A stretch of DNA of 63,815 bases, filler included, from Gemmatimonadota bacterium (GTDB lineage Bacteria > 4572-55 > J002): the NCBI GenBank assembly GCA_003697105.1. It is 4 parts of 4 records of this genome, joined end to end, with 100 filler letters (N's around TTAATTAATTAA, not from the genome) between each part and the next. Parts side by side here need not be neighbours in the genome. Positions count along the whole stretch, not along the records: positions 40,673 to 60,021 come from RFFQ01000070.1; positions 60,122 to 63,815 come from RFFQ01000086.1; 2 more parts are not named here. One strand, 5' to 3'. Under the pieces are notes generated by a model that was not told the origin of the DNA, made no database searches, and saw only the letters and a list, made by a program, of their open reading frames with translations. The translations under genes and the position numbers were made by a program. This document shows positions 50,794-60,863 of this stretch, one piece after another; position 1 is the stretch's first letter; each line of letters begins with the position of its first letter.

Positions 50794-53589
50794 CTACCGT
50801 AACAAAATCATTTTTTCGGTTTGTTGAAACCCGTTGGAAACCTCTAACTGGTAAAAATAGACCCCGCTACTTAATTTCTGCCTGCTTGAATCCATGCCAT
50901 CCCATTGTACCTGATACACGCCTGCCGGTTGTTCCTCAAAGACCCATGTGCGAACGAGTTGCCCGTGTAGATTGTAAATCCGTAGATACACATCACCGGA
51001 TACGGCTAAATCATACGGGAGCGTAGTTTGAGGATTAAACGGATTGGGGTAATTTCGTCCTAAACGTGTCATTAGGGGTACATGAGTTACGGTGTTTTCA
51101 CGTTGCACATTGACCATTTCCAGCCGGCTGTTGAGTACAAAATAATCCAATGCCCAACCGGATTGAGCGGCATTTGCCATCGCCCCAAACTCAAATCGAA
51201 AGCGCACTGTTTCATTTTGGTACGCTTCTAACGGGAATATCATGGGTTGCCAATCGAATACACCGGAATAGCCGGGTTCATTTCCTAAACCCGTAATGGC
51301 GGGTTGCGGATAATCCGGATCGGGGTGGAGCAATTGCCAACTTGAACCGCCATCGGTGCTGATGTTGACCTGCCCGCCATCAGCGACACTGTTTGTTGCC
51401 ATGTGGTGATAGACTTTCAAATACGGGTTTTCGGAAACACCCAAGGCATATGTTCCGGTTTCCAGCCAATATGTACCCGCCTCGTACCCTCCATTTAGAC
51501 CGGTTGTCCACAAATGGTCGCCGTGATACGCCCGAAGGGTATCGGATATACCCCACATCCACAGGTTTGGCGTACCACCGGGCATAAATCCGCCATCATC
51601 TGCCTCAAAACTAAGGTAGGGGACAAGTGCCGGATGCCATTCGGTGATTTGATCGGGTTCCACTTGAATCTCGGCGGTTTGGGGATCAAACCCTCCGGCT
51701 TGGGCTTGGATAGTATGGGAACCAACTGGTACGAATTCGACCCGGTAAAATCCGGTGGAATCCGATTGCGCACGATATGCCGGGTTATCCACCAAAAAAA
51801 CGCCGGTATTTGGCAGGGGCAGATCGAGTTGTCCATCCGTGATTATTCCTTCTATTGTGCCGGTATCAAAGAGCGGTGTCAGTTGTACATCGAGGTAAAG
51901 TGTGTCTCCGATACCCACCGCCAGTTCTTCTAAAATCGCGGGTTGGTATTGGGGGTGGTAAATGTTGAGAACATGTGTACCGGCTGGTAGCCGTATATCA
52001 AATTGACCCCGCTCTGTGCTGAAAACGGTATAAATTGAATCTGCAATCGTGAACATCACTCCTTCAATGGCAACGCCACTGCGTGCATCCGTGACCGTGC
52101 CTTGCACCGAACTGAGCGTGGAAAAGGTGGCTTGGACGGCAGCGTAAGCATTGATGCACCCCCAGCCGTAAAGCGTATCTTCGCCGGCTTCGCCGAGATC
52201 GAGTGCGGTTTCCATTAAAATTTCTTTCGCTCGCTCGCTGGTAATATCTGGGTTCACCTGTCGCATTAGTGCCAGCGTTCCGGAGGCCAACGCTACGGAA
52301 ATGGAGGTGCCCGTGCCGGTACTATAGCCATCATTGGCGTCCAGAGTACGCACATCCACGCCGGGTGCCGTCACTTCGGGCTTGATCCGTAGGGGGAATT
52401 CTTCCGTGCAGAGACTATACCCCCCGCCACTACCGATCCAGGTGATATTACCACTACCACGTATCCAAATTGTCAGATTACTGTCCACCGCGCCAACTGC
52501 AAAGCTATTCGTTGGGGTGGTCGCGCGATCGGCTGGGCTTTTGAGGCGGTAACTCCACGACGAAGGGGCATTTCCAGAAGCATACGTTAAAATCACGCCT
52601 GCCGCTTCGCAATTATCCATTGCTTCCCAATATGCGTCGTAACAAAAATCGTAATAGCCGCCGGGCCACTGGGCATGTACTCCCCACGAATTATTGACCA
52701 CATCCGGTACATCCTCGATAGTTGCCGGATTGCTGTCGGGGTCAGCAAACCACTGGTATGTGGCGATGATCTCATCATCCCAATCACCGGTCATCCAACC
52801 GGGATGGCTGATGGTATTGGCGGCAATCCAGAGGGCATCAATGGCAACCCCGACGGTGTCGCTTTCCGTGACGCCGAGGATGTTGCCGGTGGTGCGTGTT
52901 CCATGATATGATCCCCACGGTTGGGGCACTTCGGAGGGGGCTGAGCGCCAATCAAGCCAGCATTCCTCTGCAGGGGCGAAATTCCCCCGCCAACTGGCTG
53001 TCAGGGCGTCATGATTCAGATCAACACCGGTATCGAAACTACCGACCAGTGTACCACGTCCGGTAATACCCCGCTCCCAACACTGGCGCACATTAATGAG
53101 GTCTAATGCGGGGTCGAGTTCGCGCAGATGGGCGGATGGGGTGTGGTCTATTCCAATTGGTTCGACCGGGATACGAGGATAAATCCGTTTAATATCAGGG
53201 TGATCTACCAGATCGAGTAGCGCCTCCGGCAGGGCGAGGACACTGATCGCGTTGGTGATCCAGTAAGATCGATACCCATCAACTAAACCGGCGGCTTTTT
53301 TGGCTTCCAAATGGGTAATTAGATCGCGTTGGGTACGCTCTGCCAAGTGCTGGCACGCTTCGATCACTCGCTGGTGGCGTTCCTGCCGGGTGGCGGTGCG
53401 GAGTTCTTCATGGAGTTGATCCAGATCGACTTGATCATTTAAAACGATGAGTGTGGGAAGTGCTGCCGGCTCCTCTTGCGCTTGAATTTGATCGCGTAAA
53501 ATCGGGTGCAAATCCCCCGCGTAACTTGATGAAAAACGGGTGAGAATCATCAACCACACCAAAGCATAACCGAGAGCTTTACGTTTCAT
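50794..53589 (-). CDS. Secreted S8 serine peptidase with carboxypeptidase-regulatory-like domains and FCB-type C-terminal sorting/FlgD-Ig domain
   Basis: DTG, HGT, GTS triad motifs; NNSWG, KPEVTAPG, YGWG; NYPNPFNP...IYN..GQLVR...WDG...SSGVYFY. Confidence 0.9.
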   Translation of the reverse strand: MKRKALGYALVWLMILTRFSSSYAGDLHPILRDQIQAQEEPAALPTLIVLNDQVDLDQLHEELRTATRQERHQRVIEACQHLAERTQRDLITHLEAKKAAGLVDGYRSYWITNAISVLALPEALLDLVDHPDIKRIYPRIPVEPIGIDHTPSAHLRELDPALDLINVRQCWERGITGRGTLVGSFDTGVDLNHDALTASWRGNFAPAEECWLDWRSAPSEVPQPWGSYHGTRTTGNILGVTESDTVGVAIDALWIAANTISHPGWMTGDWDDEIIATYQWFADPDSNPATIEDVPDVVNNSWGVHAQWPGGYYDFCYDAYWEAMDNCEAAGVILTYASGNAPSSWSYRLKSPADRATTPTNSFAVGAVDSNLTIWIRGSGNITWIGSGGGYSLCTEEFPLRIKPEVTAPGVDVRTLDANDGYSTGTGTSISVALASGTLALMRQVNPDITSERAKEILMETALDLGEAGEDTLYGWGCINAYAAVQATFSTLSSVQGTVTDARSGVAIEGVMFTIADSIYTVFSTERGQFDIRLPAGTHVLNIYHPQYQPAILEELAVGIGDTLYLDVQLTPLFDTGTIEGIITDGQLDLPLPNTGVFLVDNPAYRAQSDSTGFYRVEFVPVGSHTIQAQAGGFDPQTAEIQVEPDQITEWHPALVPYLSFEADDGGFMPGGTPNLWMWGISDTLRAYHGDHLWTTGLNGGYEAGTYWLETGTYALGVSENPYLKVYHHMATNSVADGGQVNISTDGGSSWQLLHPDPDYPQPAITGLGNEPGYSGVFDWQPMIFPLEAYQNETVRFRFEFGAMANAAQSGWALDYFVLNSRLEMVNVQRENTVTHVPLMTRLGRNYPNPFNPQTTLPYDLAVSGDVYLRIYNLHGQLVRTWVFEEQPAGVYQVQWDGMDSSRQKLSSGVYFYQLEVSNGFQQTEKMILLR

Positions 53590-53709
53590 GGGTTATCTCC
53601 TGAAAAATGTTGACTTTTGAAGCGGAATATGGTACAAACTTGTGTGTTTCAAACAGATTCGTCAACATTATTTTATGGACTTTTACCAATGTTTTAGGAG
53701 GTTTGACCT

Positions 53710-55095
53710 ATGGTATCTATTAATCGCCAGATTGCAGAATTTGCCGTCAATTTAACCTATGATGACTTGCCGGAAGCGGTGGTCAAGGAGACGAAACGGT
53801 TTGTATTCGATTCGATTGGTTGTGCTTTAGGGGCAACCCAAACTCATGATGCTAAAATTATGCGGGATGTACTTAAGGTTCTCGGCGGGGAATCCCAAGC
53901 GACGGTAATGGGTTGGGGTGACCGGAATAACATTGTGAATACGGCGTTTATGAACGCGTTGCTAGTACGTGGCATGGATTACAACGACATTTATTGGGAA
54001 CAAGACCCCAGCCATCCCAGTGACATTATTCCGGCGTCGTTAGCGGTCGGGGAACTGGAGGGATCCTCCGGTAAGGAATTGATCGTTTCCATTGTATTGG
54101 CGTATGAATTCGAGCAACGGCTGTGTGAGTTTGCTTTTCCCGGCATTCGGGAGCGCAAATGGCACCATGCCACGCTCACGCAGTTTGTCTCACCGATTGC
54201 TGCCGGTAAATTGCTCGGGCTAAATGTGGATCAGATGGTTCATGCGGTGGGAATTTCCGCTTGCCACAATTTTACGCCGGGCAAAGTGACTGCCGGGGAT
54301 TTGACCATGATGAAAAATACGGTGGATCCGATGGCAACCCGTAGTGGGGTTATGGCGGCACTGATGGCAAAGCATGGATATGAAGGTCCTGAAGAGATTT
54401 ATGAAGGTAAAGAAGGCTTTTTTGACACCTTCAGTTATACCGGAATTGAATTCAAACCGGAGATTTTAACGGAGGGTCTGGGGGATTCTTTTCGGATTAT
54501 GCGGTGTGGAATGAAGGCTTTTCCGACAGAAGCGTTGACGCACTCTTTCATTACCGGAACACTGGCTCTTGTGACAGAGCATGACATTAAACCCCATGAG
54601 ATTGAAGAGTTGACGGTAAAAACGGTTGCCCGGGCGGTCGATATTTTAGCAGACCCGACGAAGTACGATCCCCAAACGCGCGAAACCGCGGATCATAGCT
54701 TGCCGTATGTGGTGGCGGCATCGATTGTAGACCGGATGGTGACACCGGAACAATTTACCCCAGAGCGGATTCAAGACCCGAATATTCGGGCATTGTTACC
54801 GAAAATCAAAGCTGTTGCCGATCCGGAACTGGAAAAGCAATTTCCGGCAAAAAAACCGTGTGACATTATCATCAAAACCACGGATGGACGGACGTTGACG
54901 CATCATGTGGAATATCCGATTGGTGACCCGCGCTTACCCATCCCACCAGATCAATTGGATAATAAATTTAACGCTTTGGCAAAATCTTTATTCTCCAGTG
55001 AAAAATTAGCCGAATTGAAAGAGGCGATCTGGAATTTGGAAACGTTTGCTTCTACAGCGGACTTTATGCAGCTCACTGTGGGGAATTTGGCTTAA
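53710..55095 (+). CDS. prpD: MmgE/PrpD family protein (2-methylcitrate dehydratase-like)
   Basis: DYND, SHPSD, WHH, RETADHSLPY. Confidence 0.88.
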   Translation: MVSINRQIAEFAVNLTYDDLPEAVVKETKRFVFDSIGCALGATQTHDAKIMRDVLKVLGGESQATVMGWGDRNNIVNTAFMNALLVRGMDYNDIYWEQDPSHPSDIIPASLAVGELEGSSGKELIVSIVLAYEFEQRLCEFAFPGIRERKWHHATLTQFVSPIAAGKLLGLNVDQMVHAVGISACHNFTPGKVTAGDLTMMKNTVDPMATRSGVMAALMAKHGYEGPEEIYEGKEGFFDTFSYTGIEFKPEILTEGLGDSFRIMRCGMKAFPTEALTHSFITGTLALVTEHDIKPHEIEELTVKTVARAVDILADPTKYDPQTRETADHSLPYVVAASIVDRMVTPEQFTPERIQDPNIRALLPKIKAVADPELEKQFPAKKPCDIIIKTTDGRTLTHHVEYPIGDPRLPIPPDQLDNKFNALAKSLFSSEKLAELKEAIWNLETFASTADFMQLTVGNLA

Positions 55096-55227
55096 TTTGT
55101 CGCCCGATATGGCTACATGTCAAGAAGTACAACAGGCAGAAGGGAGGCGGCGGGTAAATCCTCCCATTCTGTCTTGTAAAAGCTGTGCATTATTCTTGCT
55201 TTGAATGTAGCGGCGTTCGGTGATAAA
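55096..55227 (+). ncRNA. Candidate structured RNA (long interrupted rod)
   Basis: Six nested helices whose non-Watson-Crick pairs are G-U on the + strand; no family recognised. Confidence 0.35.
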
Positions 55228-55231
55228 AGGC

Positions 55232-55260
55232 TTGACACCGATCTGTGGAATATGTATACT
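55232..55260 (+). promoter_or_regulatory. Near-consensus sigma70 promoter for the large surface protein
   Basis: TTGACA-N17-TATACT. Confidence 0.75.
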
Positions 55261-55497
55261 TTAGTCCTAATATTTCTTACCTTAACCACCGAAATTATCT
55301 AACTTTGTTAGACCTCAATACTTAATCTCAACCCATATTATAATGGACTGCAGGCTGGAGGTGATATTTTAAGCATCGCGCTTAACTGAAATGAAGATGG
55401 GTTGTTATGGGTGAAATTTTAATAAAACATAGGTTGTTATGGGCAAAACGTTTAATTTCTATTTACAATGTCATCTATTTTTTAAGGAGGAGACATA

Positions 55498-58400
55498 ATG
55501 TCGAATCGGGTAATTCTAACGCTTTTCGCGTCTCTTTTGTTGGTGATTGGTTTTGTCTCATCGGCGCTGGCGGTCAATGTAAGCATCGTCGGTGAGCAAG
55601 ATGAGAGCACCATTGAAGCCAGCATCAATCAGCGGTTTGCGATCAATGTTAAAATTGATCTGGAAGGTGCGAGCCTTACCAATGGGGTGGGTGCTTTTGA
55701 GTTCAAAGTGCAGTATGATGCAGACCTTTTAAGCATTGAAAATACGGATGTGCTCTTAGGCACTGTTGCTGGGGGGGAGACCTCCTATCTTGCCGCCGAA
55801 GGGCGTATTCCGACACACGGGTATGAATATGATGATGATGGTGAGCCGGCAACGTTGGATTCGCTGATTGCAATTACGGTGGAAGGAAGTTCTGGAGAAT
55901 TGGTGTTTGCCTGTGCGACTCTCCCTCAAGAAGGTAATGAAGCCGATACCACCAACGGTACTAAAGTTGATGGGTATTTAGCTCAACTATGGTTTACCGC
56001 TCTGGATACAACGGCTACCGGCGATTCTTCGCTGGTTGATTTGGTGGCAGATGATTTAATTTTGGTCGATCCGGCAGCGAATCGTTTGGAAGAGGTCGAA
56101 GGGGTGACCATCACCACCACCGATGGGTATGTGAAAGTTAAAGGTACACGGACCATTGAAATTCCGTTAACTTCTGGCTGGAATTTAATTTCTTTCAATG
56201 TGTTACCGGATGATCAGTCGGTGGAAGCGGTGATGGCAAATGTGTTGGATGATGTGATGTTAATCACCACTCCCGGGGATGGTTTTGGTCGTGGATTCTG
56301 GCGTCCAAATTTCCCGTTTTCCAGCTTATCATTTATGGACCCGAGCATTGGATATTGGGTACAGATGAGCCAAGCAAATACTCTTGAGATTACTGGAGCG
56401 CCGGTAGCCCCAACATCGCGCACCATTTCGCTCTCTTCCGGCTGGAATCTGGTGTCCTATTTACCGGAAACCGCATATTCTGTGGAAGAAGCGTTGGCTT
56501 CTATTTTGTCTTCAGTTCAATTAGTCACGACTCCTGGTGATGGTTTTGGTCGTGGATTCTGGCGTCCGAATTTTCCGTTTTCTTCCCTGAGTGAAATGGC
56601 GGAGGGCATTGGATATTGGGTGCAAACGGATGCAAATGTAGAATTGACGTATCCGGCAAATTCTTCGGGTAGCCGAATTTTAGCCGCGAATTCTACACCA
56701 CAACTCCACCGATCCGAACGGCGTGTTTCTGTCACAAAAGCGGTCACTGTCCCCACTTCTTCCGTATTACCCGCCTCTTCAAAATCACTTTATGCTTCTA
56801 AAGATATGAAATCCGTGAGTGTTATCGAACGGAATTTTAGTGAGCGGGAGGGTTCTGTGCTTCGTGAAGGAGAGCGGGATTTACCTCCGGGTTGGAACGC
56901 ACCTGTTATTCAAACGGCTTATGCGTTGGTTACCTGCGCGAATGCCACCATCAACGGTGACCCCATTGCGGTGGGTGACTGGGTTGGTGCCTACAAAATG
57001 GAAGGGGATAACATTGTTTTTGCGGGTGCTTATCAGATCGAATTTGAAGGTGGCTTTGGCTTTAATATTTATGGACCTCCGTATGAATCGGGTGAGGAAA
57101 TCCTCTTCAAAGTTTATGATACCAGCGCTGGTGTGGAATATGAAGGGTTTGCTCTGGATAGCGAAGGCAATGTGACTACGGCTATCTGGCAAAACTTGTT
57201 TGAACCGCCTTTTGAAACGGTTGATTTAGAAGGTTTTCGGAATGCTGCTCCGGCAGTCCACATCGATAATGAGTCTGACGGTAATGATAATTTAATCCTT
57301 GATTTTGGTCAGATTCCTTTATCGGGTAATGGCTCGGTATCGTTTGACATCTCCAACACCGGTGATGATGGAACGTTGCTCACAGGTACCCTTGCGACGA
57401 CCACCCCACCGGCAAATGCGGATGTTCTCATTTCACCGGATGCTTTCACGGATATTCCGACAGATGGTACGACCGAGACGATCACCGTGACGGTTGACCC
57501 GACGGAAAGCGCTCAAGATGGTGAGTCGTTCAGTGCTACAATTACGATTAGCAGCAATGGTGGCGATCAAAACATCACGTTGTCAGGTTCTTTTATCGCG
57601 AATCCGGTGATTCCGACACCTTCCGTTGACGAGGGGTATGATCTCACGGTTCCTTACCATGGTGACCCTGAGATCACTGGGCTGGAATTGGAAAATACAT
57701 TTAATCAAGCGGTAACGTATAGCATTACAACGGCTTCTGCCCGTGCAGAGCGCATTATTGGCGCCTCTAAATCCGCGGTAGACCGCACCTTGAACCGCAC
57801 GAAATCCGCAATTACGGAACCACTTCAGGTAACCGTTCAAAAAGATGTTCAGGGTAATATCCGCTCGGTTGAAACTGAACCGGTGGCTGTAGGCAATACC
57901 CGGGTTAAAGTAGACGTGACCACAACCTCTCAACGTATCGCGATGGGTAATGTGTCCCGTGGCGGTGACCTTCGTGAAGATAATGTTACTGTTACAACGA
58001 ACCCAACCTCTGGCACCATTGACGCTGGAGCTGTTGAAAACGTTACGGTAACATTTGATGCCTCTACAGCACCCATTGGTTCGTATAGCGGCAATATCAC
58101 GGTTACGGTGGATGGTTTTGGTGATCTAGTTATTCCATGGAATTTAACGGTAGAAGGGGCGATTGTCAGTATAACGCCAGTTTCCAACGATTTCGGTGAG
58201 CAGGAAATTGGTACTACGTCCCCCAGCGCCGAGTTTGAAATTGCCAACACTGGTAACGTTGCGATTAATTTCGATGCCGAAACAGGTGAACATTTTACGG
58301 TTGGTAATGGCTCCCGGGTCATTAGTGGTACGGTAGAAGCTGGTGGCACAACTTCCGTATTTGTCAGTTTCACCCCGGGAGCAGAAGGCGCGCTGAGTGG

Positions 58401-60021
58401 TGAACTCAATGTGACCCCGAGCGATGCCGTGATTTGGACGAATGGCACCGACATTATTTCAGGACTTACCGCTGATCTAACCGGTACCGGTATTTCGATT
58501 GGTCGTTTGAGTGTAGCAGAAACAAATGTTGATTTTGGTGATGCCGACATTGATGATGAAATGCCACAACAAGCGATCACGGTCTCCAACGATGGCGGTA
58601 CCGGCACTATTTTAATTACGGGCTTAAATTTTGGTGGAGATAATGCCGCCGATTTCATGGGTCCGAATCCATTTGAAGCATTTGAACTGGCGCCAGATGC
58701 CAGTGAAACCATCACTTTAACTTTCGACCCCAGTGCCTTAGGCGAACGTTCTGCAACCGTAATGGTCAATGCAGAGATTACTGGTGAAACCGATCAAATC
58801 GAGCTTCCGACAACCCCAGTCAACCTGACTGGTGTCGGTGTGAAAGAAGATATTAGTGCTAATTCGTTAGCCATTGACTTTGATCGCGTTCGTGCCGGTG
58901 AAACCGCCATGCAAACCGTCACGTTGACCAATGATGGTACAGATGAGTTAATTGTGAACGATATTGTTATTGCCGGAGAAAGTTTTACCCGCAGTGATGT
59001 CCGTGAAAATGCACCGTCCAGTACGCGCCGTGCCGGAAATGGTAGCTCCGTGATGGCAACTCGTGGTGAATCCACTAAAATTGCTACGCTTCGGGACGAT
59101 AACTTCCCGTACACGGTTTTGCCCGGGGGTTCTCTGGAATTTGATGTCACGTTTGCCCCGACCGATGAAGCTACTTATAACGGTACCGTAACGGTTACCA
59201 GTAGTGACCCGGATGAATCTCCTTTGGAAGTGACACTTACCGGTCAAGGCTTCTTGTGCCCTGGATTTTTGTTGACAGGTGTGGATGTTGATGGTTCTGT
59301 TACTGTTGGTGAACGCGTTTTGGTTGGAATGTCGGGTAGTAATACAATAACCGTTACCAATTTTGTTACCGATCCGGATGTTGCGGGTAACTTGTTGGTA
59401 GATGTCCAACTCAGTGACAATGAGGATGGCTTATTTGGGTACCAAGTTGACTGGGGTGAATCCGGTATTGCTCCGAATGCCAGCGGAACCATTACCGTAA
59501 CGTATACGCCAACCGCCTATGGTATGTCGAACGCAACATTAAACATTAGCATTTTGGGAGCGGGAGAATGTGGTCTAACCGACCCAGACCCGATTACCTT
59601 GATTGGTTCCGGGGTTGCGGCTGAAGCTGTCGTGAAAGTGTTAGATAACAACATGGCAGAACTTGCCAGTTACGATAATATTGGGGATTTAACCGCTATT
59701 GATTTTGGTATTGTGCCGTTTGGTAGCTCGGCGATGCGTACGTTACGTTTTATGAATACGGATGGAGATGCAAATACCTACATCAGTACACTGAGTATGA
59801 TGGTCTCTCTGACCGATGATGATGGCGAATTCTCCATGAGTGATACTACTGGGATTAGCATGATCGGCGCGGGAGAATCGTTTGATGTGACCATTACGTT
59901 TGCTCCAGATAGTACGGGCGGGGCTTTGCCAGGTATTCGGGATGCCCAATTTGATGGTACCACGAATGACCCAGATGAACCAACCATTAGCGTTGCGATT
60001 ACCGGTGACGGTCAATATCGA
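55498..60021 (+). CDS. Large acidic secreted/surface protein: cohesin-like domain, duplicated GWNL domains, multiple choice-of-anchor-D/ASH-like Ig domains (3' end in gap)
   Basis: Signal peptide; AFEFKVQYD..LL...G.LA.L.F cohesin-like pattern; two GWNL(I/V)S...GYWV repeats; recurring DFG...N.G...V.F.P...SDPDE...L.G.G. Confidence 0.8.
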
Positions 60022-60121
60022 NNNNNNNNNNNNNNNNNNNNNNNNNNNNNNNNNNNNNNNNNNNNTTAATTAATTAANNNNNNNNNNNNNNNNNNNNNNN
60101 NNNNNNNNNNNNNNNNNNNNN
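60022..60121. other. Artificial assembly spacer
   Basis: N44-TTAATTAATTAA-N44. Confidence 0.97.
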
Positions 60122-60144
60122 ATTTTGTAGTGTTCCGTGTATTC

Positions 60145-60333
60145 GTTTCAATCCCTAAGAGGGATTCTCTTTATTCTGACTGAAACATACTTTCTTCTAG
60201 TCCAAAAGTTGTAATTTCTTTGTGTTTCAATCCCTAAGAGGGATTCTCTTTATTCTGACCTCTCCAACCAATCAGGTAACTCTACAGTGCTAACTTTGTT
60301 TCAATCCCTAAGAGGGATTCTCTTTATTCTGAC
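60145..60333 (-). CRISPR. CRISPR array, leader-proximal end: 3 identical 36-bp repeats (GTCAGAATAAAGAGAATCCCTCTTAGGGATTGAAAC)
   Basis: Repeats at 60145-60180, 60224-60259 and 60298-60333; spacers of 43 and 38 nt plus a partial one at 60122-60144; AATCCC/GGGATT stem and ATTGAAAC 3' end. Confidence 0.97.
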
Positions 60334-60530
60334 AGCGGGGGTTGTAACTTAAACAATATCAGTATGTTAGAACACGGAAATCGAGAACCTCCCAAAATTC
60401 TGCTTTTTTGCCGCCATTTCCACATCATCCCGCCTCAAATCATCTAACCAAACACGTTAAAAATAAACATCTTACGCCAGATCGAGAGGGCCTAGGGGTT
60501 ACCGCTGCCAACGAACCTCTCGCAAATTGC
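60334..60530 (-). promoter_or_regulatory. CRISPR leader
   Basis: Non-coding region between cas2 and the first repeat; IHF-like TATCAG-N4-TTA at 60357-60369. Confidence 0.8.
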
Positions 60531-60812
60531 TTAAACGATAGTCCACTTGCGGTCGGATAACGGAGCCGCTCCACCGATACGCTCAATCTGTTTCCGGTGC
60601 ACATCATCAATAAAATAAAAAAAGATGCGGTCGGTTGTCAAGTTAATTAGTTCGTTTAATTTATCCCTTAGAATCAGATAATCTCGTCGCCGCAAGTAAC
60701 ATTCAAACAGACTGTACTGCATCCGCTGCCCGTAATTTTCCAGTAAGTTAGCGATCTTTGTTCGCCGGCGATTATCTCCGATGTCGTACGCAATTACGCA
60801 AAAGATTTTCAT
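60531..60812 (-). CDS. cas2: CRISPR-associated Cas2
   Basis: IAYDI...RR.KI..LL..YG.R.QYSLFEC; ATG 60812 after AAGGAG. Confidence 0.95.
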   Translation of the reverse strand: MKIFCVIAYDIGDNRRRTKIANLLENYGQRMQYSLFECYLRRRDYLILRDKLNELINLTTDRIFFYFIDDVHRKQIERIGGAAPLSDRKWTIV

Positions 60813-60863
60813 TTTTACTCCTTTCTTTATTCTGGGTTTCCGGCCAGGTCTCATTGCGTTATC

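Noticed and set aside
56278-56567. Duplicated segment as a DGR template/variable repeat pair
   Set aside because: Both copies are in frame within one gene, differences are not adenine-specific, and no reverse transcriptase is in the window.
57930-58769. 279-aa - strand ORF
   Set aside because: Antisense shadow of the codon-biased surface protein.
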